Below the pieces are notes generated by a model, which saw only the letters and a list, made by a program, of their open reading frames with translations, did no database searches and was not told the DNA's origin. 64,000 bases of DNA, taken from NCBI GenBank assembly GCA_902537845.1, contig CACBDC010000006.1, positions 129 through 64,128 of the forward strand, in the 5' to 3' direction. Of this stretch, positions 48,802-58,801 are shown in pieces. Both the position numbers and the translations under genes were made by a program. Position 1 is the first letter of the stretch. The number at the start of each line of letters is the position of its first letter. This stretch comes from an uncultured Pelagibacteraceae bacterium. Lineage in GTDB: Bacteria; Pseudomonadota; Alphaproteobacteria; Pelagibacterales; Pelagibacteraceae.

Positions 48802-49307
48802 CTAAAATCAGATTTTATTATTTTATCTTTTGCTTCATTAACAAGTTGACTTAATCTCTCTGTTTTAACGTCTCTATTCATATCTGGGTGAATTTTTTTT
48901 TGGAGCTGGTTGGCAGCTTTTAGTACATCTTCTTTGGTACAGCCTCTTTTCAGACCAAGCAACTTATAAGCCTCATCGCTTGTTACACTTGATGATCCTT
49001 GAGTTTGACCGAATTGTCCCTGAGAAAATCTACCGGAATTTTTTAAAAATTGAATTAATCTCCATAGCTGAAACATTTGTAAAGCTGTAAAACCTTTTAT
49101 TTTTAATCCACTTAAAATTACAAATAGAAAGGGAAGAGAAAAGATATATTTTCCACCAATAGCTAAAAGCAAAGCTAAGATTAATGAAAAATAAACTGCA
49201 ATTTTTTTAATTGTTGTAGCTATCTTTTTCGAACTAGTTCTAGCAAACCAATTCAAAAATAAATAAACAATGACAAAGATGATAATTCCTATTAGAAATA
49301 AATTCAT
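48798..49307 (-). CDS. membrane-anchored DnaJ-domain protein
   Basis: TM helices plus EAYKLLGL..HPD..VNEAKD. Confidence 0.88.
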   Translation of the reverse strand: MNLFLIGIIIFVIVYLFLNWFARTSSKKIATTIKKIAVYFSLILALLLAIGGKYIFSLPFLFVILSGLKIKGFTALQMFQLWRLIQFLKNSGRFSQGQFGQTQGSSSVTSDEAYKLLGLKRGCTKEDVLKAANQLQKKIHPDMNRDVKTERLSQLVNEAKDKIIKSDFS

Positions 49308-49320
49308 ATAATTTTCAAAT

Positions 49321-51405
49321 ATGAGTATACCAAAACTTAAAAAAATTAAGAGTGAGAAAAAGTATCACGACCTAACATTATCTGATGAATATGCTTGGGT
49401 TGATCAGCCTAATATCCTCGAGGTGTTGAAAGATGCTAGTAAACTTGACTCAGAAGTTAAAGACTACATTAGTGGAAATAATAAAATTACAGAGGACTAT
49501 TTTAAAGATGTCAAAGATTTACAAAAAAACTTATTCCAAGAGATAAAGTCTAAAATTAAACTAGATGACACCTCTTTAAAGTTCAAAGATAAAAAATATT
49601 TTTATTGGGCCAAAACAGAAGCCAAAGGAAATTACGGAAAAAGAATTAGACAATTAATTGATGGTTCTAAAGCAGAAGAAGTTTATTTTGATGGTGACCT
49701 TGAAAAGAAAAATTATGGATCTGAATATTTTGGTGTTGGTTCAGTTAGCACCTCACATTGTGATAATTACATGGCCTATTCTTTAGACTTAAAAGGATCT
49801 GAATACTATACAATTTATTTACGAGATTTAAGAACTGGAAAAAATGAGAATGATGTAATTGATAATACTAGCGGAGGAATAGCATGGTCTTTAGATAATA
49901 AAAGTTTTTTTTACTCAAAGTTAGATAAATTTCATAGACCAAGACAAATTTTTAAACATGTTCTAGGTACACCGATAAAAGAAGATAAACTTATATTTGA
50001 GGAAAAAGATGAGACTTTTACTTGTGGAATAAGTCTCTCATCCGATGAAAAGTTTTTTATAATTTCAACTTCAGATCATATTACAACTGAGGAATATTAT
50101 TTTTCATCTAATGCTGTAGATATTAAACCAACTTTATTTAAAAAAAGAAAAAACGACGTAAGATATTCACTCGACTCTTGGAAAGGTTATTTTTATGTAC
50201 ATACAAATGAAGATGCTAGAGATTACAAAATACTGAGATGTAAAACTGATCAAATTGATAAACTTGAGACTTTTTTACCTGCAAAAAAAGAGACGGTGAT
50301 CGGAGGTTTAGATTTTCTAGACAATTACATTTTACGAGCCGAGAAATCTGATGCTATCACTAAATTATATGTAAGAAATATAAAAACTAATAAGGAAGAA
50401 GAAATAAAAATTTCTGACGAAGCGATAGGTGTTCCCGGAGCTTCTTTGATGCAAAAAGATACAAATACTACAAAAATTAGAGTAAGTTGGGAAAGTATGG
50501 CTACGCCTGGTAGGATTTATGAATACGATATTGTTTCAAAAGAAAAAAAATTAGTAAAAGAAACTGAAATCCCTTCAGGACATGATCCTAAAAAATATGT
50601 TGTTGAGAGAATTAAAGCAAAGTCTCATGACGGACGAATGATTCCTATAAGTTTGGTAAGGTTAAAAAATGCTAAGCAGGACGGAAAGTCAAAAGTACTA
50701 CTTTATGCATACGGCGCCTACAAACATAGTATCTCTCCATCTTTTAGCGCTTCAAAATTTTGTCTTGTTGATAGAGGAATTACTTTTGCCATAGCACATA
50801 TAAGAGGTGGTGGAGATCTTGGTGATGTTTGGCATGAAGAAGGAAAAAAGAAATTAAAAAAAAATACTTTTTTAGACTACATCGCTTGTGCAAATCATTT
50901 AATAGAACAACGCTATACATATAAAGGTGGACTTTGTTTTTATGGTGGAAGTGCTGGTGGACTCACAGGTGGTGCGGTAGCCAACATGGCGCCTGATTTA
51001 TTTTTTTCAATGCTTCTTCTTGTGCCTTTCGTTGATACAATGACAACAATGTTGAATGATAAATTACCCTTAACTCCAGCTGAATGGGAACTATGGGGAA
51101 ATCCTATTAAGAGCAAAGAATATTTTGAATATATTCTTTCTTACGCGCCTTACAATAATCTTGCAAAAAAAGATTACCCTTCAATGTTAATTACAACATC
51201 TTTGTTCGATAACCGCGTTCTTTATTCTGAGCCTGTAAAATATATTGCAAAACTTAGAGATGTTAAAACTGATAATAATACTCAATTACTCAAGTGTAAA
51301 ATGGAAGCTGCAGGTCATGGTGGTATGAGTGGAAGAGATAATGCAATAACAGAATTAGCCGAAGAGTATTCTTTTATTTTAAAGTCTGCAAAAATTTTAA
51401 ACTAA
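49321..51405 (+). CDS. ptrB: oligopeptidase B (S9A)
   Basis: YAYGAY, AHIRGGG, GGSAGG nucleophile, VPFVD, DNRV, GHGG. Confidence 0.93.
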   Translation: MSIPKLKKIKSEKKYHDLTLSDEYAWVDQPNILEVLKDASKLDSEVKDYISGNNKITEDYFKDVKDLQKNLFQEIKSKIKLDDTSLKFKDKKYFYWAKTEAKGNYGKRIRQLIDGSKAEEVYFDGDLEKKNYGSEYFGVGSVSTSHCDNYMAYSLDLKGSEYYTIYLRDLRTGKNENDVIDNTSGGIAWSLDNKSFFYSKLDKFHRPRQIFKHVLGTPIKEDKLIFEEKDETFTCGISLSSDEKFFIISTSDHITTEEYYFSSNAVDIKPTLFKKRKNDVRYSLDSWKGYFYVHTNEDARDYKILRCKTDQIDKLETFLPAKKETVIGGLDFLDNYILRAEKSDAITKLYVRNIKTNKEEEIKISDEAIGVPGASLMQKDTNTTKIRVSWESMATPGRIYEYDIVSKEKKLVKETEIPSGHDPKKYVVERIKAKSHDGRMIPISLVRLKNAKQDGKSKVLLYAYGAYKHSISPSFSASKFCLVDRGITFAIAHIRGGGDLGDVWHEEGKKKLKKNTFLDYIACANHLIEQRYTYKGGLCFYGGSAGGLTGGAVANMAPDLFFSMLLLVPFVDTMTTMLNDKLPLTPAEWELWGNPIKSKEYFEYILSYAPYNNLAKKDYPSMLITTSLFDNRVLYSEPVKYIAKLRDVKTDNNTQLLKCKMEAAGHGGMSGRDNAITELAEEYSFILKSAKILN

Positions 51406-51409
51406 AGAT

Positions 51410-51437
51410 CTTGAAAATTTAAAATCAATTACCATAT
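51410..51437 (+). promoter_or_regulatory. RpoH (sigma32) promoter
   Basis: CTTGAA-N16-CCATAT upstream of a small heat shock gene. Confidence 0.75.
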
Positions 51438-51443
51438 CTAAAT

Positions 51444-51498
51444 CATTGGTTGCCAACTGGGACCAATAATTAACCTTGCTAACAAAGGAGGATATATG
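51444..51498 (+). promoter_or_regulatory. ROSE-like RNA thermometer
   Basis: CCUUGCU-AACAA-AGGAGG (UUGCU with bulged G pairs with the SD), preceded by an AUUGGU/ACCAAU hairpin. Confidence 0.75.
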
Positions 51499-51939
51499 AC
51501 AAGTAAGGATCTATCGATCTTTAATTCACTTAGACCTTACAGCATTGGATTTGATGACATGTTTGATCAATTCGAATCTATGTTGGGAAATGGCAGTCTT
51601 GCTATGCAAAGCAATTATCCGCCATATAACATCCGAAAAGTAGGCAATGATAAGTACGCTATTGAAGTAGCGGTTGCTGGCTTTAACAAAAACGATGTTG
51701 AAGTTGAATATGAAGATAATCTTTTAACTGTTAAGACAAAAGACATTAAAAGATCTGAAGAAAAAGACGGTGATGAAGTTATTCATCGAGGAATTTCGCA
51801 AAGATCTTTTGCTAGATCATTTACAATTGCAGATGATGTGAAAGTAAATGGTGCTGAGCTTAAAGATGGTTTGCTTACAATTTCTTGTGAAAAAATCATA
51901 CCAGAAATTAAGAAAAAAAGACTTATTGAAATTAAATAA
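51496..51939 (+). CDS. ibpA: small heat shock protein (Hsp20/IbpA)
   Basis: SIGFD, YPPYNI, AVAGF, HRGISQRSF, GAELKDGLL. Confidence 0.94.
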   Translation: MTSKDLSIFNSLRPYSIGFDDMFDQFESMLGNGSLAMQSNYPPYNIRKVGNDKYAIEVAVAGFNKNDVEVEYEDNLLTVKTKDIKRSEEKDGDEVIHRGISQRSFARSFTIADDVKVNGAELKDGLLTISCEKIIPEIKKKRLIEIK

Positions 51940-51947
51940 GTTTACCT

Positions 51948-51976
51948 TACTTGCGGAGCTAAATACTCCGCAGGTA
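51948..51976. terminator. hairpin between convergent ibpA and gshB
   Basis: TACTTGCGGAG..CTCCGCAGGTA. Confidence 0.75.
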
Positions 51977-52897
51977 TTAAATATTATCAAAAAAATACTT
52001 ACCTAAATCAACGCCTGTTAAATCGTAATAAGTCTTCAAACCTGTTGGACTTGTAACATTTATGTCCCCAATAAGTTTACCTTGTATAAAGTCTATACCT
52101 GCAAAATAAATATTTTGTTTTTTTAATTCAGTAGCTACGATTTTACTTATCTTCATTTCATTCTGACTAATCTCTGTTTTTTTTGCGGATGCTCCCTTGC
52201 TCATATTTGAAAGTATGCTTCCTTTTTTTGGAAACCTGGAGATAGCTCCTTTTATTTTTCCATTAATTATAAATACTCTTTTATCTCCTTTTGAAATCTG
52301 AGGAATAAATTTTTGAAACATTAAATGGTGATATTTTTTTATAAATTTATTTATAAATGATTTATTGAATTTAGTTATGAGTTTTACGTCATTACCACTG
52401 TAACTTTCGATTGGCTTCATCACTATTTTTTTATTACTTTTTAAAAAAGATTTAATTTCATTTAAATTTTCACTGATTAAAGTCTGGGGCATGTACTTAG
52501 TTAATCGTAGAGAAAAAAGTTTTTCAGGTACTTCTCTTAAAGCTTTAGGATGATTAATAATTCTAACTTTTTTTGAAATATACTCCAAAATAAATGTCGT
52601 ATTAATATATTGTTGGTTAAACGGAGGTTCGCTACGTATTAATATTAATTTAGCTTTTAAAAGATTTAACACTGTTTTGCTAAGTATTTTTACTGGTTGC
52701 TTTGGATTATCTTCAAATTTTATTTTTGAGCATAAAGCTGTAACTTTACCGTTAATAAAACTCAATTCTTTAGGCTCATAGTAATAGATTTGATATCTTC
52801 TTCTTTGAGCCTCTAAGCCTAAGAAAAAAGAGGTATCAGTTTTTATGTTTATCTTTTTTAAACTAGAACCCTGAATAATTAAAATTTTCTTTTTCAT
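51977..52897 (-). CDS. gshB: glutathione synthetase
   Basis: DTS, RSEPPF, PEKL, GDKRV, GIDFI, INVTSPTG. Confidence 0.92.
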   Translation of the reverse strand: MKKKILIIQGSSLKKINIKTDTSFFLGLEAQRRRYQIYYYEPKELSFINGKVTALCSKIKFEDNPKQPVKILSKTVLNLLKAKLILIRSEPPFNQQYINTTFILEYISKKVRIINHPKALREVPEKLFSLRLTKYMPQTLISENLNEIKSFLKSNKKIVMKPIESYSGNDVKLITKFNKSFINKFIKKYHHLMFQKFIPQISKGDKRVFIINGKIKGAISRFPKKGSILSNMSKGASAKKTEISQNEMKISKIVATELKKQNIYFAGIDFIQGKLIGDINVTSPTGLKTYYDLTGVDLGKYFFDNI

Positions 52898-54185
52898 TTT
52901 TAAAAAAATCTAGGTTGTTAGTCTTTTTATATTGATCTAATAGAAGCTGCGCTCTATTTTTTTTATTCTTAATTACATTTTCAACATGTTTTAAATAAAC
53001 TGTTTCATCGTTTCCTTGAGAATTAATCTTTTTTCTCTCTACTAGACCTCTTTTAGCAATATCAAAAAATATATTTCCCCACTCATGTAATTTTTTACCT
53101 TCAAGTTCTGTTTCAAGACCTTTTTTAGGAGACTCTAAATATGCATTCATTACATTTTCTTTCTTCCATTTCATTGCAATCTCGAAAGCTTCATCAAGCC
53201 CTTTATAAAATATGCCAGTAAAAAAAGCTGGACCATCACATAGACATTCCCAATCGCAAGCATCTAAAGATCTTACTTCAACAAATTGTTTTAATCTTAC
53301 TTCTGTAAATATAGTTGCAAGATGAGTTTCAAAATCTTGTAAGCTTGCTTTATCTTTAAGATTTGAAAAATTGCCTAAAATAAAATCTTTAAAACTTTGC
53401 CCGTTAGGTTCAATGTATTTTTTGTCTCTTATTGCAAATAAAATTGGATACTCAATCACGTGATCAAAATATTTTTCAAAACTCAATTTTTCAAAAGCTA
53501 TAGACATAATTCCTCCTCGAGAAGTATTTTGCCAAACCTTATTTCTATAAGAATAGTAACCAACTGGGTTTTCGGACACGAAAGGTGAATTTGAATAAAG
53601 AGCTATTGTAAGAGGTGTTAAATAATTTCCAAGCCTAAAAATTTTTTCAAAGTTTTCCTCTGAAGTATAATCGTAATTAATTTGTATACCGCATGTTCTG
53701 TACATCATTTCTAAACTCTGTTTGCCTCCCTTAGGCATTTCTTTAGTCATTATTTTATATCTAATTTTTGGACTCCGAGGGACATCTGATAAATTATTAA
53801 AAGGATCAAAACCAATTGATACAGTATTTATATTTAAGCCTTTGCTCGCTGTTTCTATTTCTTTTAAAAATTTTGAGCTCTCGTTACAAACTTGGTGAAT
53901 GTTTTCTAAAGGCGCACCTGACAACTCACATTGAAAACCTGGTTCTGTAGTGATTTGTTGATTGTCTCTTTGCATACCAATAATATTTTCTTTTTCATAA
54001 ATAGGTTCCCAGCCATTTATTTCTAAGTTTTTAAAAAGTTTTTTTAAATTTTCATATGAGATTCTTTTCTTGTTTTTTCCTTCAAATAAAAATCTTTCGT
54101 GTTCAACGCCTATCTTTAGATTATTTTGGTTTTTAATTCCTTTAGAGAAATGCTCTATGAATTGAGATTTATTTTTTATGTTCAT
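52863..54185 (-). CDS. gshA: glutamate-cysteine ligase
   Basis: IGVEHERF, TEPGFQCELSGAP, HLATIFTEVRLKQFVEVR. Confidence 0.93.
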   Translation of the reverse strand: MNIKNKSQFIEHFSKGIKNQNNLKIGVEHERFLFEGKNKKRISYENLKKLFKNLEINGWEPIYEKENIIGMQRDNQQITTEPGFQCELSGAPLENIHQVCNESSKFLKEIETASKGLNINTVSIGFDPFNNLSDVPRSPKIRYKIMTKEMPKGGKQSLEMMYRTCGIQINYDYTSEENFEKIFRLGNYLTPLTIALYSNSPFVSENPVGYYSYRNKVWQNTSRGGIMSIAFEKLSFEKYFDHVIEYPILFAIRDKKYIEPNGQSFKDFILGNFSNLKDKASLQDFETHLATIFTEVRLKQFVEVRSLDACDWECLCDGPAFFTGIFYKGLDEAFEIAMKWKKENVMNAYLESPKKGLETELEGKKLHEWGNIFFDIAKRGLVERKKINSQGNDETVYLKHVENVIKNKKNRAQLLLDQYKKTNNLDFFKNEKENFNYSGF

Positions 54186-54188
54186 GCT

Positions 54189-54491
54189 TTAAAAACAGTT
54201 TTTACTGCTAAAGCCTACTACCATATTTTTAGGATTTATCTCAAATTTTCTTTCGCATTTTATCTTATATTTCTCTGTAATATATACATAATTCCTGTTT
54301 CTTGTTTTTAAAAACTCTACTTTGTCTGGTTGTCCAAAAAAACTTTTAAGATCACTCTCCGATTTGTTTAACCATTTGCTAAGCTCTTGTTTTTCCTGCT
54401 CTGTGGATTGATCTATTTTTGTTGTCACAGTTTGGCAAGCACTAAGAAAAAGTGTAAAAAAAATATACAAAAATAATTTTTTAAAATTCAT
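54189..54491 (-). CDS. lipoprotein, unknown function
   Basis: Lipobox FLSAC; FGQPD. Confidence 0.75.
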   Translation of the reverse strand: MNFKKLFLYIFFTLFLSACQTVTTKIDQSTEQEKQELSKWLNKSESDLKSFFGQPDKVEFLKTRNRNYVYITEKYKIKCERKFEINPKNMVVGFSSKNCF

Positions 54492-54625
54492 TTTATTTTA
54501 TCATTTTATACCGAAAACTTATAAACAGAAATATTGAGTGTAGGTTGTAAAATTCCTTAAAATTCTAAATTAATAAAGATTTTATAATAAATATAGAGTA
54601 TTCAGCATCAACGGGAGGTCTTTCG

Positions 54626-55936
54626 ATGTTAAATAAATATTTTGAGTATAGAAAACACAAAACTAATTTTAGAACTGAAGTAATTGCTGGCGTAACCACG
54701 TTTCTTACGATGGCTTATATTATGTTCTTAAATCCTTTTATTCTCTCTGGTGAATTTGCTGGAACGGAAAAAGGTTTTTTTGATTTTGGAGCAGTATTTA
54801 CTGCAACAATTTTAGCAACCGCCTTGGCATGTTTTATCATGGCTTTTCATGGAAAAACTTGGCCAGTTGGTTTAGCACCAGGAATGGGTATCAACGCCTT
54901 TGTTGCGTATGGTGTAGTTGCTGGTCAAGGTTATACACCTCAAGCAGCTTTAGGAGCTGTACTTGTAGCTGGTGTAATCTTCTTGGCAATATCACTTACA
55001 CCAATTAGAGCTTGGTTAATCAATTCAATTCCAAAAAGTTTAAAACTTGGAATTGGTGCAGGTATCGGTTTGTTTTTAGCAATTATTGGCTTAGAGATTA
55101 TGGGAGTAGTTGGTGATCACCCTGTAACACTAGTTACACTAGGTGATATTAAAAATCCTTTAGTGCTCTTAGCTTGCGCAACTTTCGTGTTCATGATTGT
55201 TCTGGAAAAAATGAAGGTTAAAGGAAATATCATTATAGGAATTTTACTCTTCAGTATAATTGCATGGGCAACTGGTTTAGCTAAATTCAATGGAGTGGTA
55301 GGATCAATTCCTCCAATGACTTACTTATTTGAGTTTGATCTTAAAGCAGCATTCACTGCTGGCATGGCTTCAATTGTTTTTACTTTATTGTTCATCGATT
55401 TTTTTGATACAGCTGGAACATTAACTTCAGTTGCCAACGTAGCTGGTAAAGTTGATAGAAAAGGTAAAGTACAAGACATAGATAAAGCAATGTTATCAGA
55501 TAGTGTTGGAACAGTTGCAGGTGCTATGATGGGTACGACGACTGTAACAAGTTATGTAGAGTCTGGTTCAGGTGTAAAAGCAGGCGGAAGAACAGGAATG
55601 ACATCCTTAGTTATTGGTGTTTTATTCTTAGCTTGTTTATTCTTTGCACCCTTAGCAACAAGTTTGCCAAAAGAAATAGATGGAGCAGCTTTACTGTATG
55701 TCGCAATTTTATTTGTAAGAAATATTACTGATATAGAATGGAACGATATAGCTGAGTCTGGCCCTGCTGTACTTGCTATGATTGTTATGCCACTAACTTA
55801 TAGTATTAGTAATGGCATAGCTTTAGCATTTATCGCCTATGCATTAATAAGAATTTTTACTGGTAAGTTTGGTAAAACATCGCCAGCTATTTGGGTAATT
55901 GCAGCGGCTAGCGTTTTAAGCTTTTATGTAGGCTAA
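54626..55936 (+). CDS. NCS2/AzgA-family purine permease
   Basis: AGVTTFLTMAYI, APGMGINA, DFFDTAGT, YVESGSGV..GGRTG, PLTYSISNG. Confidence 0.93.
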   Translation: MLNKYFEYRKHKTNFRTEVIAGVTTFLTMAYIMFLNPFILSGEFAGTEKGFFDFGAVFTATILATALACFIMAFHGKTWPVGLAPGMGINAFVAYGVVAGQGYTPQAALGAVLVAGVIFLAISLTPIRAWLINSIPKSLKLGIGAGIGLFLAIIGLEIMGVVGDHPVTLVTLGDIKNPLVLLACATFVFMIVLEKMKVKGNIIIGILLFSIIAWATGLAKFNGVVGSIPPMTYLFEFDLKAAFTAGMASIVFTLLFIDFFDTAGTLTSVANVAGKVDRKGKVQDIDKAMLSDSVGTVAGAMMGTTTVTSYVESGSGVKAGGRTGMTSLVIGVLFLACLFFAPLATSLPKEIDGAALLYVAILFVRNITDIEWNDIAESGPAVLAMIVMPLTYSISNGIALAFIAYALIRIFTGKFGKTSPAIWVIAAASVLSFYVG

Positions 55937-55943
55937 AAATTTT

Positions 55944-55965
55944 AGGGCCGGCTATGGCTGGCCCT
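55944..55965. terminator. hairpin between convergent genes
   Basis: AGGGCCGGC..GCTGGCCCT. Confidence 0.7.
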
Positions 55966-56493
55966 TTAACTTCCCTGATGTTTTTTAATTAAATCTTCTA
56001 CTCTTACTTCTTCATAATGTTCAAAAGGTTGAACTATCCAAGGATTACCATTTAGTTTTTCTGCACAAAAATCTGGCTCAAAGGTAGAGTCTTTTTTCTT
56101 CCAAAGTACAGCTGTTTTAATTTCTTTTATATTTCCTTTAAGTGAAGGATATTTTTTAAGCCAATCTATACTTCTATTCAATGTCACCCCTGTATCAGAT
56201 AAATCATCACACAAAAGAATATTTCCCTTCATTTCTTGGACTGTCGAACTCATTTCTCTTGAAAAGACTAGCTCACCTTGTTGGTCCTCTGTTCCTTCTC
56301 CAGAATAAGACTCTACAGCTAAGTAAGCACATTTAAGTTTAAATACTCTGCTTAGTACGTCTATGATAGGAGCTCCTCCTCTCATAATGCCAATTAACAT
56401 GTCAGGTTTAAAACCACTTTGATGGATTTGTATTGCAAGTTTTTCAACGATTAGATTATACTCTTTCCAATCAATGATAAGTTTATCTGCCAT
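55966..56493 (-). CDS. type I phosphoribosyltransferase (purine salvage, Gpt-like)
   Basis: IMRGG, LLCDDLSDTGVT PRPP loop, WIVQPFE. Confidence 0.85.
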   Translation of the reverse strand: MADKLIIDWKEYNLIVEKLAIQIHQSGFKPDMLIGIMRGGAPIIDVLSRVFKLKCAYLAVESYSGEGTEDQQGELVFSREMSSTVQEMKGNILLCDDLSDTGVTLNRSIDWLKKYPSLKGNIKEIKTAVLWKKKDSTFEPDFCAEKLNGNPWIVQPFEHYEEVRVEDLIKKHQGS

Positions 56494-56526
56494 GAAAAAA
56501 ATTAGTTTATTTTTAAGGAGTTGTAA

Positions 56527-56814
56527 ATGAAAGGTTACGTAGTTTGTGTTTATAAAAATATAACTAATGAGGAAAAGCTTAAGGAATATGCAGTTAAGGC
56601 CAGAACCGCAGTTGAAAAGTATAAAGGAAAATTTCTAATCCGAGGTGGCAAAGCTACTACTAACGAGGGTGAGAGTTCACCTAGAACTGTAGTTATTGAA
56701 TTTCCCTCTTTTGATGAAGCAAATTTATTTTATAAATCAAAAGAATATCAAGAGGCACACGAGATATTAAAAGGTCATGCAATAAGGCATCATCAAACCG
56801 TTGAAGGCAATTAA
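56527..56814 (+). CDS. DUF1330 family protein
   Basis: GKFLIRGG..EG..PRTVVIEFPS...A..FY.S.EYQ. Confidence 0.85.
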   Translation: MKGYVVCVYKNITNEEKLKEYAVKARTAVEKYKGKFLIRGGKATTNEGESSPRTVVIEFPSFDEANLFYKSKEYQEAHEILKGHAIRHHQTVEGN

Positions 56815-57437
56815 TATTGTATTGGCTCGTTATCTATTGATCGCCATAAATACCAAGTTGCTACTGAACAATAGGGAGTAAATTTTTTATAAAGCTTATT
56901 AAGGAATATCCTTGGAGGAAAATATTTCTTATTGTAGTTATTTGAAATAGCTCTAAGTAATCCTATATCTTGAAGAGGCCATATATTTGATCGATTAAAT
57001 GTAAAAAGCAATATCATTTCTGCTGACCACCTTCCTATTTGTTTTAAATTAGATAAATATTCTATTGCTTCCTCATCTGTCATTTTTTTTATTATGTGAG
57101 GCTTAAAAGTTTTATTTAACGTTCTTTTGGCTAAATCTTTTATACCTTTAACTTTTTGTTTACTAAGACCACAGCTTTTTAAACTACTAAATGATAATTT
57201 ACTTACAGTTCTTGCATTAATTTTATTCTTACATTTTTTCTTAAATTTCAAAAAAACTGAGTTAGCAGCTGCAACACTGATTTGTTGACCTATAATACTT
57301 TTGCATAGTGAAAAAAAAACATCATTACGGGTGACAAGACTTCCATCTTTATAATTAGTTATCAGCTTTTTCATAACTTTATCTTTTTTCGATAAAATTT
57401 TCTTTGCCCTGGACCAATATTTAGGAGGTTTTCTCAT
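56811..57437 (-). CDS. AlkA-like HhH-GPD DNA glycosylase
   Basis: SIIGQQIS..AA, GLSKQK, IGRWSAEM, P..D.G, WYLW. Confidence 0.9.
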   Translation of the reverse strand: MRKPPKYWSRAKKILSKKDKVMKKLITNYKDGSLVTRNDVFFSLCKSIIGQQISVAAANSVFLKFKKKCKNKINARTVSKLSFSSLKSCGLSKQKVKGIKDLAKRTLNKTFKPHIIKKMTDEEAIEYLSNLKQIGRWSAEMILLFTFNRSNIWPLQDIGLLRAISNNYNKKYFPPRIFLNKLYKKFTPYCSVATWYLWRSIDNEPIQY

Positions 57438-58315
57438 GTTCTGGGGGCTATGATCTGCTTCTTTAATTTATTCTCTCTCATAAAGATTATTAAAGAACTG
57501 GCAATGACTAAAGATGCCCCAAGCAAAGTTAAAATTTTTGGTATTTCATTCCAAATAAAATATCCAAAGACAATTGCAAAAACTAAACTCAAATATTTAA
57601 TTGGTGTTACAAGGGATGCTTCGGCTAATCTATAACTTTGAGTTAATAATAAATTAGCCACACTTCCACATAAACCAAGAACAAAAAATAAAACAAAATC
57701 TATGAAAGTTGGCATTATCCAATCAGTAAAAAAAATTGTTGCTAAACCCAAAAGTGTACAAAGTAATGTAAAATAAAATGCGATTGTATAATTTGCCTCT
57801 GTTTTAGACAAAGATCTTACACTAATCGCCACACAGGCAAAAAATATACAAAACACTATTGGTGTAATGTAATAGTAGTTTAGTTCTATGAACGCAGGTT
57901 GAACAATTAACAACATTCCAATAAAACCTAGGAACACGGCTGACCATCTTTTTATTCCAACACTTTCAGATAGAAAAAAGATTGAAGCTATCGTTACGAA
58001 TATTGGTCCGCCAAATGTTAATGAAACTACATCTGCTAAGGGTAATTCTCTTAATCCCAAAAATAATGCTATTATTGCTAAGGCCCCACTTATAGCCCTA
58101 AAAGCATGAAGACCTGGTCGTGAAGTTTTGTAAAAAGTAAATATTTTATCTTTTGGTATGATAAAAAATATAGGAATAAATCCTATAAAAAACCTAAGGA
58201 ATAGTACTTGGCCAACTGGATAGTAGTCTAACCATTTTACACAGATATCCATAATGGAGAAGCAAATTACACTTCCTACCATGTACAATACGCCTATTTG
58301 ATTTTGTGTTAACAA
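57434..58315 (-). CDS. DMT/EamA family transporter
   Basis: Ten TM segments, LPLA, FLSE.VG..RW, P.KY..LVFA. Confidence 0.88.
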   Translation of the reverse strand: MLTQNQIGVLYMVGSVICFSIMDICVKWLDYYPVGQVLFLRFFIGFIPIFFIIPKDKIFTFYKTSRPGLHAFRAISGALAIIALFLGLRELPLADVVSLTFGGPIFVTIASIFFLSESVGIKRWSAVFLGFIGMLLIVQPAFIELNYYYITPIVFCIFFACVAISVRSLSKTEANYTIAFYFTLLCTLLGLATIFFTDWIMPTFIDFVLFFVLGLCGSVANLLLTQSYRLAEASLVTPIKYLSLVFAIVFGYFIWNEIPKILTLLGASLVIASSLIIFMRENKLKKQIIAPRT

Positions 58316-58354
58316 TTTACTATCCTTTCTTACTCAAAATATATTAAATAAATT

Positions 58355-58801
58355 ATGCAGAAATGTACACTTGCACTTGGCTGTTTTTGGAAACCTGAGG
58401 AAAACTTTAAAAATAAACCCGGAATATTAGAAACCGAAGTTGGTTATGCAGGAGGCGCTAGTGACCAAACGACCTATGAAGAAGTATGCACAGGAAATAC
58501 TGGACATGCTGAAGTTGTAAGGCTTACTTTCGATGAAAATATAATTTCATTTAAAAAAATATTGGATTTATTTTTTAAGATGCACGATCCAACACAAAAA
58601 GATATGCAATTTCCGGATGTAGGAACTCAATACAGAAGTGAAATTTTTTACGAAGATGAAAAGCAAAAAAAAGATGCTACGGAGGTATTAAATGTATTTA
58701 ACAAAAAATTAGATGGAAAAATTCAAACAAATATATCAGCACTTAAAAATTATTGTAAAGCTGAAGAATATCATCAAAAATATATTGAAAAAAACAGATA
58801 A
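58355..58801 (+). CDS. msrA: peptide methionine sulfoxide reductase A
   Basis: GCFW, YEEVCTG.TGHAE, HDPT, GTQYRS, AEEYHQKY. Confidence 0.95.
   Translation: MQKCTLALGCFWKPEENFKNKPGILETEVGYAGGASDQTTYEEVCTGNTGHAEVVRLTFDENIISFKKILDLFFKMHDPTQKDMQFPDVGTQYRSEIFYEDEKQKKDATEVLNVFNKKLDGKIQTNISALKNYCKAEEYHQKYIEKNR

Noticed and set aside
54492-54625. Purine riboswitch upstream of the NCS2 permease
   Set aside because: Spacer is AT-rich without purine-aptamer stems or conserved core
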